Below, one piece after another: positions 10,306 to 23,417 of a stretch of 64,000 nt of DNA (positions are counted from its first letter, which is position 1; every line of letters starts with the position of its first letter). The stretch lies in the NCBI GenBank assembly GCA_973895155.1, contig OZ316899.1, positions 9,298,287-9,362,286 on the forward strand, read 5' to 3'. This DNA comes from Marsupella aquatica (taxonomy: Eukaryota; Plantae; Marchantiophyta). The translations under genes were made by a program, and so were the position numbers. The notes below the pieces were generated by a model, which had not been told where the DNA came from, made no database searches, and saw only the letters and a program-made list of their open reading frames with translations.

Positions 10306-13300
10306 TTCAGATCCGCCCACCATGCGTATGATGGTGGACTCACCTGCCAATAGGTTTGTGGAGGACCGATGGGGTGAGTTCAAGATAGATCCACGTCATG
10401 TACGTCTAGGTTTGGCATCAGATGGGATCAGCCCCTTTGCATTGGCAAGGAAGGTCCAACCATACTCAGTTTGGCCAGTAGTCCTTACAAATTATAACAT
10501 CCCTCCATGGATGGCCATGAAGAAGGGTCATTTGCTGCTCTCAATGATTATCCCAGGCCCCAAATAAGTAAAAAAGATTGATGTTTACTTGCAACCATTG
10601 TTGGAGGAGCTTCAACAACTATGGAGAGGAGTGGATTGCTATGATGGTTGAGTGCTTACGGGTGGTTTACCTCATGAATTTAAATTGAAAGCCATCTGTA
10701 TGTGGACCATACATGATCTTCCGGGTATGTGGAAATATACCTCACCCCATATAAATTATGCATGGTTTGTCATTTTTGGATAATATACCTCACCCCATAT
10801 TAATTATGCCTTGGTTTATCATATATTGGACCCTTGGCCATTGTTTAATGTATGCAGTGGGTGTGAACATTGTAGGGTTTGGATATATCTCTAGGTTGCA
10901 GGTCTTGGGATACCGAGCTTGTCCAACTTGTGGGCCCAATTTGGAGGGAGTGGCACGCCCAAAGTCTACCACCCTACGGAAGATAGTTTACATTGGTCAC
11001 ACAAAGTATCTCCCCCCAGAGCATGAATGGAGGCGTGACCCATTCTTATATGACACAGATGATGGCCAACTAGACACACGCCCTCAACCAGTGCCAAGGG
11101 ATCCACATTATTGGAAAGATGTATGGGATAGAGTGACAGACCCGGATGATCCATTATAGTTGGCTCGGTGTGGCATGACTCGATTGTCTGCATTAATGTC
11201 AAAGCTGCCATATTGGGCTGAGATGCCAATTAACCATTTGTTTGACCCTATGCACATTGAGGGGAATGTTGGGAGGTCATTGATTCGCCATCTATATGGA
11301 GAGAAAGACAACAACTAGAGAGAGAGTTGTGAGGAGATGGGGATGCATGGCCCTCATGGGTTTTGGCCATCTATGGATCCTCCTAATGCCCCCCTTACTA
11401 TTCACCCTCCTTGGGTATTGACCAGAGGTGAGCGGACTGAGTTTCGCAAACGTATAGGGTCAATGAGGTTTCCCACAGGTTATGGTGCCAATCTTCGTAA
11501 GGCATTTGGGGGTGATGATTCTCCAAAATGGCCATCTTACCTGAAAACACATGATTTTCATCGATTACTCAAACATGTCATTCCAATTGCAATTATTGGA
11601 TTGGGTAGTGAGGATCTTCGAGATGCCCTATGGTCATTAGGTAAGCTCTTGAGGTGGGTGTGTCAGAAAGAGGTGAATGAGGAAGAGATTGCAGCAATGG
11701 ACCTTTTTGGAGTGGAGGTATTGTGCAAGTTGGAGAGGACACTCCCTCCTTCATTCTTTGATGGTCAAGTTCACTTCCTCCTCCACCTAGTGCGTGAGGT
11801 TGCGATTGCAGGACCAGTACATTGTCGTTGGATGTACTGGGTAGAGCGGTATATGGGAGTGATGAAGTCATATGTGTCAAATTGTGCGAGAGTGGAAGGT
11901 AGCATTGCTGAGTGTCATCTTGGAGCAGAGAGCATGTTTTATTGTACAAACATTGTAGCTACACTTGATCCCAGAGCTCCAAGGGGCTGGATAGACGAGG
12001 CATCAAGGGAAGAAGACTTTGAGGATGACCGTCTCACAGGGGCAAAGGGAGAACGACTTATGGGCTCAACTGAGCGTCTTCAACTTACTACATTTATGTT
12101 GTATAACTCGCCTGAGATTGTGGGAGATTGGACAACTTTTTATGAGGAGGAAAAGGCAAATAGTCGTCGGCCACGCAACTTCCCCAAGTTTGTCCCATAC
12201 ATGAGGGCAAAGTTGACAGAGATTGATGCCTTGCTGGAGCAAGGGGAGAGTGTGTCAAACTTCCCTTTGGTTACAGACAGTCTTCGCACCTTGGTTCATG
12301 GACCATTACTTACGGTGACAACTCGGACAGCCATGTGGTTGAAGGGAAGACATTTTTGTGTGCAACGACTTGATGACAAGAGGGCAGCTACACAAGATTG
12401 TGGGGTCATGGGTTGGTTCACCCAAGATTCACAAAGTAGCATATCTGATAGGAATCCAATACGCTCTATGGTGGCCCACTATGGAAAGATTGAAGAGATA
12501 TTGAGTGTGAAGTACCATGCGCACACCACTTTGGAGGAGGTGGTGTTGAAGTGCAAATGGTTTTGGATGAACCTTGTTGGCCAAAACTGAACTTGCAAAG
12601 AAGATGCTTGTGGGTTCACACGGTTGAAGACATGTGCAAATAGTGTCATTAGCTCAACTTGGAGAACCTCTGATCCATTTGCATTCCCCCATCATCTTGA
12701 GTAGGCCTTCTATCTTCCCTATCCCGATGATCCTGAGTGGTCCATTATCATGAGTTATATTCCATGATCACGATCCATAGTCCAGGAGCGACCCAATGTA
12801 GTTGTAGTTGAAGATTTGGACCCTGAGCCTTGAGGTCCTTGCTAGTGTACCTTGGGACCAATCAAATAGGACCACCTCTGAATGTTTACTTTTACCGGCA
12901 TTATATATGATTGTTTTATTTCATGTACCCTCTCCTATGAGAGTGACCACATTTCTTAATAAACTTAGGAATGTTGGTTTTCCCACACTCTGTCCGATGT
13001 AGTGACCAATGGAAAGTACTCGGAAACACAGTGCCTTACAATTGTGGCAATATCCGATTCAATCTGCATCGGACCCCTCATGAAAGTTATCGGAGACATT
13101 TCTGATCCTCTCCGCATCGGAACACTTCCAATGCCAAAAATAATGGAAATAGGCACCTATGGCTTTTGTATCGGACAAGTAATATGCGATGTAAACATAA
13201 TGGCAAATTGCGTAAGGTAAAATATCAGAACTGTGCGATGGTATTAGTATCGGAAGAGTGACAAGGCGCGATATTGGAGCATCGAAAAACGCTGAAAATG

Positions 13301-13308
13301 TACTAGTG
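10306..13308 (+). mobile_element. CACTA element (3' part) with TnpD pseudogene
   Basis: Right TIR AAAATGTACTAGTG at 13295-13308, TCCGA/TCGGA subterminal repeats, and transposase homology. Confidence 0.9.
10322..12833 (+). pseudogene. CACTA TnpD/Tnp2-type transposase (Transposase_21, DUF4218, DUF4216-like), multiple stops
   Basis: RHVRLGLASDGISPF, YSVWPVVLTNYNIPPW, DPMHIEGNV, LKTHDFH, PPSFFDGQVHFLLHL, WMYWVERYMG, YGKIEEIL. GT-AG intron at about 10726-10876. Confidence 0.93.
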
Positions 13309-13369
13309 GAACTTCATTGCTTGCCACACGCTCACCTTATCTTGGTCAACTTCAATGCCACGCTTGGAT

Positions 13370-15503
13370 CATGACGTCGGCCCTACCAGCTACTTTTGGT
13401 AGCTTCTTGCGTCTTCTGCCCACCAGCATCTCCTTCAATTGTTGCCTATACAATGGGTTATCTTTGAGTAGTTGTCCTACCATCGCCGTGACTGTACATT
13501 CAAAGATATCTTTCTTGATGTCATACAACTGATTGACTGCCGCTTGCGTAGTTGTTGGTAACTCTGATTTTGTTGTTGCAACTTGATTGGCTGGTTAATT
13601 CCATTGCCTTCAACTCTTCTGCCCTGAGTAAATCCTTCTTGAGGTTTTCAGCCGCTTCCCTCTCTTCCAATTCCTCTAGTTGTTTCTTCACCTCTGTTCC
13701 CCTTTGGCTAAAATAGCTTTGGATGATCCCGCGTATAGTCGCTATCTTGATCAGTTGGTATTGATAGGGGTACTGACACTGTGGCCTCCTTTACCTTCTT
13801 CTTTGATCTTTTCTTCTCCCTTTCTTCTCTTTGCTCTGGCTTGTTGTGGGAGCGAGTTGACACCTTGAAACAATCAGTTGTCGTGTCATCCATTTCTGAG
13901 GTACTCCATTGTGGCATCTCATCTACAAACTCCCACCCTGAACTGCTTTTGCCACAGTCATACCACTCTGTACTAACATAGTGCACCCCGGTTTCCCCGG
14001 GTGCTTTTGTCGCTATAGATGGTACTGCTGTTGGCTGTACTTGTGTTTGGACAGGTAGTGGTGGCCTTGCCATGACCATCTGTGATCTTGGGGCCCATTG
14101 TGGCGCTCCATTGCCTTGCTTCTTTGGTTCAGGACAATTAGGTGAATAATGCTCTGGTTGCCCACAATTCCAACATGTGCCTTCCTCTCTTCTTGGGTAA
14201 ATGAACGCTCCTCCCCCTTGGTTTCCTCCGGTGCCTTGGTGTGTTGGTGGAGCTGGCAAGTATGTGATAGCAGGTCGGCCAGCATAATTTCTTGGCCCTT
14301 GATTGACCTGGTACACATTGTCAGGTATCTCTGTGTTGTAGTAGTAGCCCACTTCTTCCCCATAGGCTTCCGCTTGCTTCTCCCCAACATAGTGTACTTT
14401 GACTGCAGCGTTTGCACATTCTTGAGGAATGTGACCAAAACCTCCACATTTAACACACCACACGTGTTCTCTGTTGATTGGAACCTTCCTTCTTTGTGGT
14501 TGAACCCTGCAAAGTGAACAGATAAAGCCTTCAACTGATTGGTGATCTGCTCCAAGGCTTTATTCTTCTCTGCTCTCTCGACTTCCTCTGTTTTCACCTT
14601 AGTAGTTACCACTGGTTTTGTCATTTGAAAGACCTTTGCCGCCTTCAGAATAGCCTTCTTTTGTTTAGCTTTCTTTGTCTTTGTATTTGAATCCTTCTTC
14701 TTGTTCTTCTTTTGGATATTTTTCTTGTCCTCCTCATCTGAATCTAAACTGGTTGAAGAATCAGAGTCTGAGTTTGAATCAAAATCAAAATCAGAATCAT
14801 CATTTGACTCACTATTGGAAGTGTCCCATGAACTTGATGACACATATTTCTTCTTCTTCTTGCAAATTTTTGAACTTGATAGATCCGCCTCACGGTAGGA
14901 CTGTGCTGCCGTAACTGCCTCCACTAGTGTTGTTGGGTGAGCTTGTCGCACAAACAGTCCCATTTTTTTTGGTAAAGAGGAAACAAACCATGATAGCAAC
15001 ATGCTATTGGCTGGTGCTGGTTCAATCTTTCTTGCTATCTTTTGAAATCTCTGCAAGAACCATCGTAGAGATTCTTTGGTTCTCATCCGGATCTGGCCAA
15101 TGTTGATCAGTGCCTCCGTCTCCTCCCCTACCTTTGTAAACTCTTGTAGAAAGGCTATTTTGAATGTAGCCCAATCTTGACGTATTGCTGTTGGAACTCC
15201 ATTGTACCATTGTCGAGCCTCCCCTCTTAGCACTCCTGCCAAGGTGGTAAGCTTGATTGCATCTTCTCCATTTGCTTGCACAGTACCTTCAAAATCTTCC
15301 AGCCACTCGTCTGGATCTTCTTTGCCTTTTCCACAAAATGTTTTGTACTGAAACCTTGCACGTTGTGATGGTACCGCCATGTTTGGCGCTGATGTTGCTA
15401 CACCGACTCTCCTTCTTGGCGATACTGATCTGAATAGTCTTGCCAACCCAAAGTCTTTAGCTTCACTTGCTGCTCGTGCCGTCTGACTTCTAGTTCGCGA
15501 CAT
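13370..15503 (-). pseudogene. gag: Gag (frameshifted)
   Basis: EDPDEWLEDFE...LRGEARQWY...DWATFKIAFLQEF, CVKCGGFGHIPQEC, CWNCGQPEHYSPNC. Frameshift near 14480. Confidence 0.9.
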
Positions 15504-16558
15504 GCCCTAGCTAGTAATCAGCCATCACTTCACTATTACTCTAATTACAACCTTCTTGGTTGACACAAATCAATCCACCCGGATGACCATACCACTACTC
15601 CATGTCGTCCATAAATGAATTGTATCACAAACAATTGATTTCCACTCAACACAACTATTTCCAACCATGGATAAGCTACTACAATTTCTAAACTAGCTGA
15701 ACCTCTATATCTCCAATCCATACATCTAAACCTCCAATCATCTTGCATGCTCCTTAGTTTCTACAGGCTAATAATGATTTACAATTGGGATCCTTAATGC
15801 AATAAGGTTTGGCCTACTTTGCACTATCTCATGCTAACAATGCCGGAAGTATCTTGCTATCAATAATTACAAACAGCTAAAGAGTTAGTTCTTAAATCAA
15901 CACTACATATTCTTGTGCTGCTCCATCTTGTCACTAAAATACCCCGGTAGTTTGCAACTCATGATGACTTCAATTGACCAGCTAGTCTAAATTACAAATT
16001 TCTATCTTAAGTACTGTTATTATTATTTTTACACAAAAATACAGATACATGTAATATTTTAGTTAATATATTAAGGGCTCCTTTGAAGCAATGATAGCAT
16101 TGTATCCATCCTCTCCAAACTTTCCCACAAGCATTTCACGATGATCCACTTTTTTTCGTACCACAATCGAAAGGGTTAGGTTTGAACGCAATGCACGTAT
16201 GACTGTGGGTGGTTGATTTAATTCCATTGTCTCCTTTTTAATTCAATTCCATTATTTGCATCCTACACCCACTCATTCTTAAGACATGCAACTAAAAATC
16301 TCTTTCCTTTGGTGTGAGAGATGAACTATAATATTACTTAAACACATATGCACATCAATCCTCTTGACCTTACTATCATACTTATCCTCTCTTACTAGTT
16401 TTCTTCTAGAGACTACTAGGGTTCCATACTTCCACTATCACAAACTAAACACTTAGGTACTATATAATGAAACTCCATTTTACATACACAATATCACTAA
16501 ACTCTGTTTTTTTTCTTTCTTCTGAAAATTATTTCCATGCAAGTACATGGCTCCACTA

Positions 16559-16583
16559 GTTCGATTCCCTGGCAGCGGCGCCA
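16559..16583 (-). promoter_or_regulatory. Primer-binding site, tRNA-Asp type
   Basis: Minus strand reads TGGCGCCGCTGCCAGGGAATCGAAC, complementary with few mismatches to the plant tRNA-Asp 3' end (...GTTCGATCCCCGGCAACGGCGCCA). Confidence 0.85.
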
Positions 16584-18065
16584 AAAAACAGTAGGTGAGT
16601 TGACACTATGTGAGACCTCTGCTTTGGGATTAACACATACTTAATTCATTTCACTCTCAAAACACAGTCCCTTATCGTTTCAGGTTCTCAGGAGGGATGT
16701 AATCTTGGAAAGTAGTACTCACAACACATCTATCTTTAGGGAAACTAAATCCTCACACACATACCACAGATTTTAGTCTTCCAAACAATTACAAGACTAT
16801 TATTGGCTGCCATCACATTAGTAATCTTATATCAAATCTAAACTTGCACTAGATGATTTTACTTCCGCTGCCAAAAGAGAAATCTATCAAGGGGAATAAC
16901 CTCTATAATTGGTCATCCTACACCAACCAATGTCAGAACTACCATGGGCTGTCACCACCATGGATTGTCATGTCAGGCTACCATCCAACAAGTCAACCTA
17001 CACAAATTCTAATTGTCTAACAAAAAAATGGAAGCGCCACTTTGATTTGCTAGTGATCGATCAATTGGCTCTGCCAATACAATCATGTCAAGACTCACCA
17101 TGGGAATCCTTGCCCATAATATACCCCAGTGCCTTCTTGATCAACCAAAACTCGATCACCAAAGTTTAGCTTCAAAACCTCAAACCAAGACAAAGTTTTC
17201 ACTTGGTGTGCTGGTGCTTGGCCAAACAATTAACCACCAAGCATACAATCACATCATTTCTTGTCCAAATAATCTTGGTGATGTACTCCGACACTATTTG
17301 GTAAGCAAAACTCTATCACCAAAGTACTCCTTATAAAAGATGTCACAAAAATGTCAAAAGAATATCGTCAAAAACATGTCATAAAACCGTCAAAAGAAAG
17401 TATCACACTTTCTTCATAAGTTAGAATAAGAGTGTCCAAGGAAGGAAGACACATAGATTTATATCAAGTAAACTTAGTACAAGCTTGGACTCCATCCAAG
17501 ATCTTCAATACTAGAGTTTTCCATGAACACTAACTCTTAATTCCCAAGGTGCCACACACTCTAACTCCTCACTAATCCCCACTCCTCCTTCCTTGAGTCT
17601 CAACCAGTGGCGCCCCTCCAAGAAAGCAAGCAAGTGAGGAAGTGAGTCTCCACTCTCTCTTCTTTATATGGTTGGTGCCCTATGGCCTCCACTCAAATCC
17701 AATCAAAGTCACTCAATTGCCATAGTACATCTAAGGTCAAGAATCATTCTTAGTAAGTTTAGGCTAAGAATAATCCTTAAGTTAGCTAGTTGACCTCTAA
17801 TTTATCTTTTTCTTTCAATGATGGTGCAACCTTAAAAAGGTCTAACTAGCTAGGCTGAGAATCATCTTCACGCTAGCTAATTGACTTCTAATCCATCCAT
17901 TGGAATATTTCATCGTCTTTTTCCTTGGCTTAGTATTAGTTGGATTAGAAGTATCATCTTTGTTGAGATTCTTTTTTCACTATTTTTGTTGTAACTATGT
18001 AGCAAGTTTGGGCATTCTCTATTGCTTTCATAACTTTTCTTGCAAGTTGTAGAATTTTCTATTTT

Positions 18066-21000
18066 TGTTTCACACAATGTGTTCATCAACATTCATCCTT
18101 CTTCTATTAATTAGGAGTGTAAATATATATGGGTTACATTGAGGGGCAGTTGGGTAACTGTCCTAACCTCTAAGGGTTATTTGGGGTGTAATGTAATGGT
18201 CACTTAGAGTGTAATCTAAGTGTTATAACACTCCCCCTTGGTTCTTTGATTTTGTCAGAAAAGAACCACTCTAATTAGATTCTAACTCTAAGTGCTAATA
18301 TGATCCCTATAAGTAGTATGGTCTCCTTAAGACCTTCCTGCTTTCTTCCAAAGGAAAGAGTACCACTACTTTACATGTCATACGGTCATGTTGTAGGTAG
18401 TATAATGTAAATACTAAGAGTATGTTAATTATGCATGTATTAACAAATTTTGCATAATGTATTTTTAGGGTAAGCAATCTGAGTAGTTTAAGGTGAGCAA
18501 TATCGAGTGGAGTTTTCCGGAGTGTGTCATAGTTGCTCATTTTGAATGTGGGTTTTCTCATAAGATTTTAGCTGTGTGTTTGTAGGAAAGTGGATAGTCG
18601 CTGCATCCCGATACCGTATGTGTGTTCGTGGTGAACTTAAGGTGGAAGCGGTTTAGTGAATAGGTCTGCGCGATTGTCTTTGCTGGCAATCCATCAAACT
18701 TGGATCTGGTCGCCATGTTGTTTGTGTGTATAAAAAAAATTGGGGGCAATGTGCTTTAGCCGATCACCTTTGATAAAGCCACGTGTGATTTGATTGACAC
18801 ACGGTCGATTGTCTTCGTAGATGATCGTGGGTGCGCTAAGGAGTGGACGACTTGTATGTTTGTTTATGTGATCAATGAGCTGCCTGAGCCAGATACATTT
18901 GCAACTTGCTTCATAGAGGGCAATTATTTCTACGTGATTGGAGGACATAGTCGTGAGTGTCTATTTGGAGCTCCGCCAGGATATAGCAGTGCTTCCTTGA
19001 AGAAATACATATCCTGTCTGCGATTTGGCATCATCCGGGTCAGAAAGATAACCAGCATTAGCAAATCCAATTAGTTCAGGAATGACATTGTTGGGGAAGA
19101 ACAATCCCAAGTCGAGTGTTCCCGGTAGGTAACAAAAAAATTTCTTTATGCCATTCCAGTGTCTTATCGTTGGCTGTGAACTATGACGTGCAAGAAGGTT
19201 GACAGCAAATGAAATGTCAGGGCGTGTCTGATTCGCTAAGTACATTAGCGCTCCAATTGCTGAGAGATAGGGCTATTCTGATCCAAGTATCTGCTCTGCT
19301 TCTGTGCGCTTCTTGAATGTGCCTTTGGCAGGGTCCAAAGATCTCACTTCCATTGGAGTGCTCACTGGGTGAGCTTTATCCATATTGAACTACTTTACTA
19401 TCTTCCTTGCGTAGGTGGCTTGATCGATAAGGATTCCGCCCTGCACATAGTCAAATTGAAGTCCAAGACAACATTTGGGTTCTCCCAGATCCCGCATTTG
19501 AAATGTTGTTTTCAATGTTGCCATTGTTTTTTTAACTATTGTAGGTGTACCAAAGATGTTAATATCGTCTACATAAATAGCAACGATTATGTAGTCCGTG
19601 TCATTTTGTTTAAGAAATAGACAGGGAGCAATGTCGTTATTGACAAAGTTCAGAGCTAACATCTTTGCCTTGAATCTTTTATACCAAATTTGGCCACTCT
19701 GTTTGAGTCCATATAGGGATCGTAGTACTTGGACTGCCAGCTGTTTTGTCTGTATAGCAGATCGAGAGTTGCTTGGAAGTCAACTTCTCTCTTGGGGTGC
19801 ATTCAGCACTTTTGATTCATGAAGAACAGAAGGTTTGTTTTGATTTGCATTCTTTACGAGGCACTCTGTAGGAGTTTTCTTTGTTAGCCCTAATTGTAGA
19901 TCAGGATTTATGTTATTCTTGCTCTCCCCCTGAATTCAAAATGCCATTCTCTTAATTAACTCAGGAGGAGCTTTCATGTATATTGTAGTGTCTAACATGC
20001 CATAAAGATAGGCTGTTATTACATCTAATACATTCAGCATCAGCTTATGAGTAAGTGCAAACGCTATCATATATCGGTACGTTATCGAATCCATCACGGG
20101 TGAGTAAGTAAGGTCAAAGTCACGTCCTGGAATTTGAGTATAACCTTTAGCAACCAGTCGTGCTTTGTACCTAATTATCTCTCCTTGAACGTTTTTGTTC
20201 CTTGTGAAAATGAATTTATATCCTATAAGTGATGTGTGTAAAGGGGCAGGGATGACTGGACCAAAGACTTCTCACTGAGTCCAATTCAGAATTGAGGGCT
20301 ATCTGCCACTGAGGCCAATCTGGTCGCTGCTGTGCCTCTTGGACTGACAAGGGATCCGGGGTGTCATTTGTGATGTCTTGAGATATATTGAATGCAAATA
20401 TATCGTCTACAATTGTATTCTTTCTATGCCATATTCTGCCAGTATGCATCTAATTTATGGATATTTCTTGATTTTCTTCTGGCTGAGTGTGAGAGAGGGT
20501 AGACGGTACTGGTGGAGGTTGCACATTCGTTGGGTTAGCTGGTAGTCTTCTCTGGCAAGGTTGGCTGTCCCTGGAGCCAAATGGTCGGCCTTGTTTTGCT
20601 CTCAAAGCAGCTTCTGTGGCCAGTTGGCTTGGTGCGAGTATTCTGGTTGGGGCATTGGCTGCTTCTGTACAAGAGCGGGTTACTTCAGCTGCATCATTAA
20701 AAGCGTCTGGGAGCTTTTCAAGCATCTGCTGGAGGTGTAGTATTTGTCTTACTTCTTCATCTGCTTGTCTGTTACGTGGATCAAGTCTCACTGGTAGAAT
20801 AGTCTGCCATTGTAGGAGTTGTTTGCGGCTACTCTCTTCTGGTGTCCGTGTTAGTCTCGGAAATTCATCTTCAAAAAAATTACAATCAAGGAATCTTGCT
20901 TTAAACACATCTGTTGTTGATGGCTCCAGAAAACAAATAATGGAGGGTGAGTCGAAGCCAATGTAAATCCCTCGTTGTCGCTGAGGGCCCATCTTTGACC

Positions 21001-22262
21001 GTTTTGGGCCCAAGATGGGTACAAGGACTAAACAACCAAAGGTCCGTAAGTGGGAAATATTTGGTGGTAAACCAAATGCCAGGTAATGTGGAGTATGTGT
21101 GTTAAAAGCAGAAGGTCTGTATCGGAGGAGTGCAGCTACATGTAGTATGGCGTGTCCCCATGCAGTGGAAGGGAGCCGTGTTTGCATAAGGAGTGGCCTA
21201 GCAATCATTTGTAAGTTGTTTGATGAGGGATTCTGCTATGCTATTTTGAAAATGAACATACGGTACTGAATATTGCGTCTCAATTCCGGCAGTGTCACAA
21301 AAGTCATCAAAAGTTCTCAATGTGAACTTCCTTGCATTATCAACCCTGAGTGTTCTGATTGGATGATCAGGAAACTGCATCTTCAACTTCAGGATATGTG
21401 ATAAGATCCGAGGGAAAACCAAGTTCCGGGTTGAGAGCAGGGAAACCTATGACACTTTTTATGAAGCATCAATAATGGCCAGGAAGAACCGGAATGGACC
21501 AGATGGCGGGTCAATCGGGCCACAGACATCACCGTGAATTTGTTCAAGAAATCTAGGGATGGAGTGGATTGTTTTCGAGGTGGCCGATCTCGTGATCAAC
21601 TTTCCTTGTGAACACCAAGACATTGACTCTTCAAGGATGAAGGACGTACGTACTCCCGATGGTATGCCTGTTGTATCCCAAATTATATTATGGTACATAT
21701 TTGTACCTGGATGGCCTAAACGATTATGCCATCGCTCTATAAGGTTTAGTGGGACTATTTCTGCATGTAATGTGTGTATAGTGGTAATGTATAGACCGGG
21801 AGGGTGGACAGGCAATATTTCACGGATTTTCATTTTGAGTGTAGATTTTTCAATGATGTGTAGGACTTCTCCCTCAGTTGTCTTGCTTGTGTGTATGTGG
21901 AAATTGTTAGCTCGTATATCTCGGAAACTGATCAAGTTTCTTGTGGCCTTGGGTGCATAGATTGTCGAGGCTATATTGATTATTGTGCCTCGAGGTAAAC
22001 GAACAGATGCAGGACCATTCCCTTCTTCAATATGGTTCTGGCCTGTGATCGTAGTTATAGCTCTTTTGGATGCAATAACTGTTTGAAAGAAGTGTCGGTT
22101 TCTTAGTATAGAGTGGGAGGTCCCACTGTCTACTACGCAATTAGAAGGATCTGGTTGGTCTTGGGACTGTGCATCAAGGTGAGCAACCTGTGTTTCGGGA
22201 AGGACTGCATCTTGTGTATAGTCATTTATATTCTCTTGGATCTCCATGAAATTTCCTTGTGC
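18066..22262 (-). mobile_element. Ty1/copia, Bianca-like, 5'-truncated; 3' LTR 18066-18230, PPT 18231-18239
   Basis: Near-identical to 55921-61473 in reverse. Protease VVDSGTSH, integrase FLEQIHGDVCGPI, RT YVDDINI, RNase H YEDNRPC. Confidence 0.95.
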
Positions 22263-22840
22263 CTGTTTCCTTGCGTTTGGGCACTCTCTAGCAAAATGTC
22301 AAGGTTGACCACAGTTATAGCATGCCGCAAATCTATGTACATTTGGCCTAGGAGCAACAGATGGATTCTGAATGATTTGTGGATACATCTCACCCGGGTT
22401 ATTTCTTAATCCCGCCCAGAGGGATGCCGGGCGGTTGGCCAGATCCCGTGCTCCTGTCTGGCTGATGCCAAAAATGCTATCAGCCACATCCCCTAGGAAG
22501 TATTCTACTTCTCCTTGATTCTGCCTGGTCTCGGTAACTTGCCGGACATGACTAGAGTTTAGTTTAGGACATGCATCTTTATGGTGTCCGGTTTTGTAAC
22601 ATAAAGCACACCATACAGAACTGTCCTCAACTGTGCCCTTCTTCTTTGGCTTAGCCTCTGCTATGATAGCCTGTAGTTGGTCAGTAAGAGCTACAAGGTT
22701 ATCAGGGGTTGTTAGCTTCTATCTTGACTTTCAACTTTCCCCTCCTCTTGACTTTCCTTTTCCTAAATTTTTGTTCCCTCAAAGCTAGAAGATGAATCAC
22801 TCTTGCTACTCTCACTATCCAAGATTGAGTGGTCACTTCT
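22263..22840 (-). pseudogene. gag: Gypsy gag fragment of the element-1 family (two zinc knuckles)
   Basis: WCALCYKTGHHKDAC and CYNCGQP*HFARECPNARKQ. The last 8 residues are identical to the window start. Confidence 0.8.
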
Positions 22841-23417
22841 TCAAAGCTTTTTCTCCCTTTTCTGAGGAGAGAGAGCCTCCTCACCATCTGCCCTAGCCCT
22901 CTTCGCCTCCTTTCTCTTCTTCCTTGCCTCTTTCTCTGCTGCGAAGGCTGTTGCCTGCTTTGCCTCACCTTCTGAGGCATCAAGCAAAACCTGAAGCAAC
23001 GGGACTACTCTTGCTGCATCCTCCACTGAAAGCCCTGCCTTTGCTACAAAAAACTCCCTCATTGTCTCCTCATATGGTCGGGATGGCCCAACCCCGTCTC
23101 CCCCATCACCCAATCCTCCTTCCCTCACCATCTCTCCTCCTCCCCGAGCTCCTCCCCTCTCGGCCTTAGAAATTTTTCTCAAATGACTGATGTGCAAAGG
23201 AAGCCCCGTAGTGTGCGCCTTTGCAAGCGCATCGGGATTTACGGATTTCAAATTTTGAATCAAGTCCAATTGTTTCTGCTTTGGAACATTTGTAGCATAT
23301 AGTATTGAATGTCAAATTGGACCTTCCGATGCGGGTTGCATTGGACCCCTCCTCCGCCTCGTTATTCCTCGCTTTTACCAAAGTGTGATACGTTGGTAAC
23401 GGTATTGGACTGCTCAT
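22841..23417 (-). other. Unassigned degenerate ORF fragment (Gly-rich, basic helical)
   Basis: ORFs 22841-23269 and 23166-23417. No recognisable domain. Could be a gag N-terminus or a divergent CACTA ORF. Confidence 0.3.

Larger units (their letters stand above)
13309..18065 (-). mobile_element. Ty3/gypsy element 2 (related to element 1), internally deleted; gag, leader, PBS and probable 5' LTR
   Basis: Gag with capsid-like region and two zinc knuckles, tRNA-Asp PBS, homology to element 1. Cut on the left by the CACTA TIR and on the right by a copia LTR. LTR extent is uncertain. Confidence 0.82.

Noticed and set aside
16559-16583. tRNA gene
   Set aside because: Only the 3' third including CCA is present, at the PBS position.
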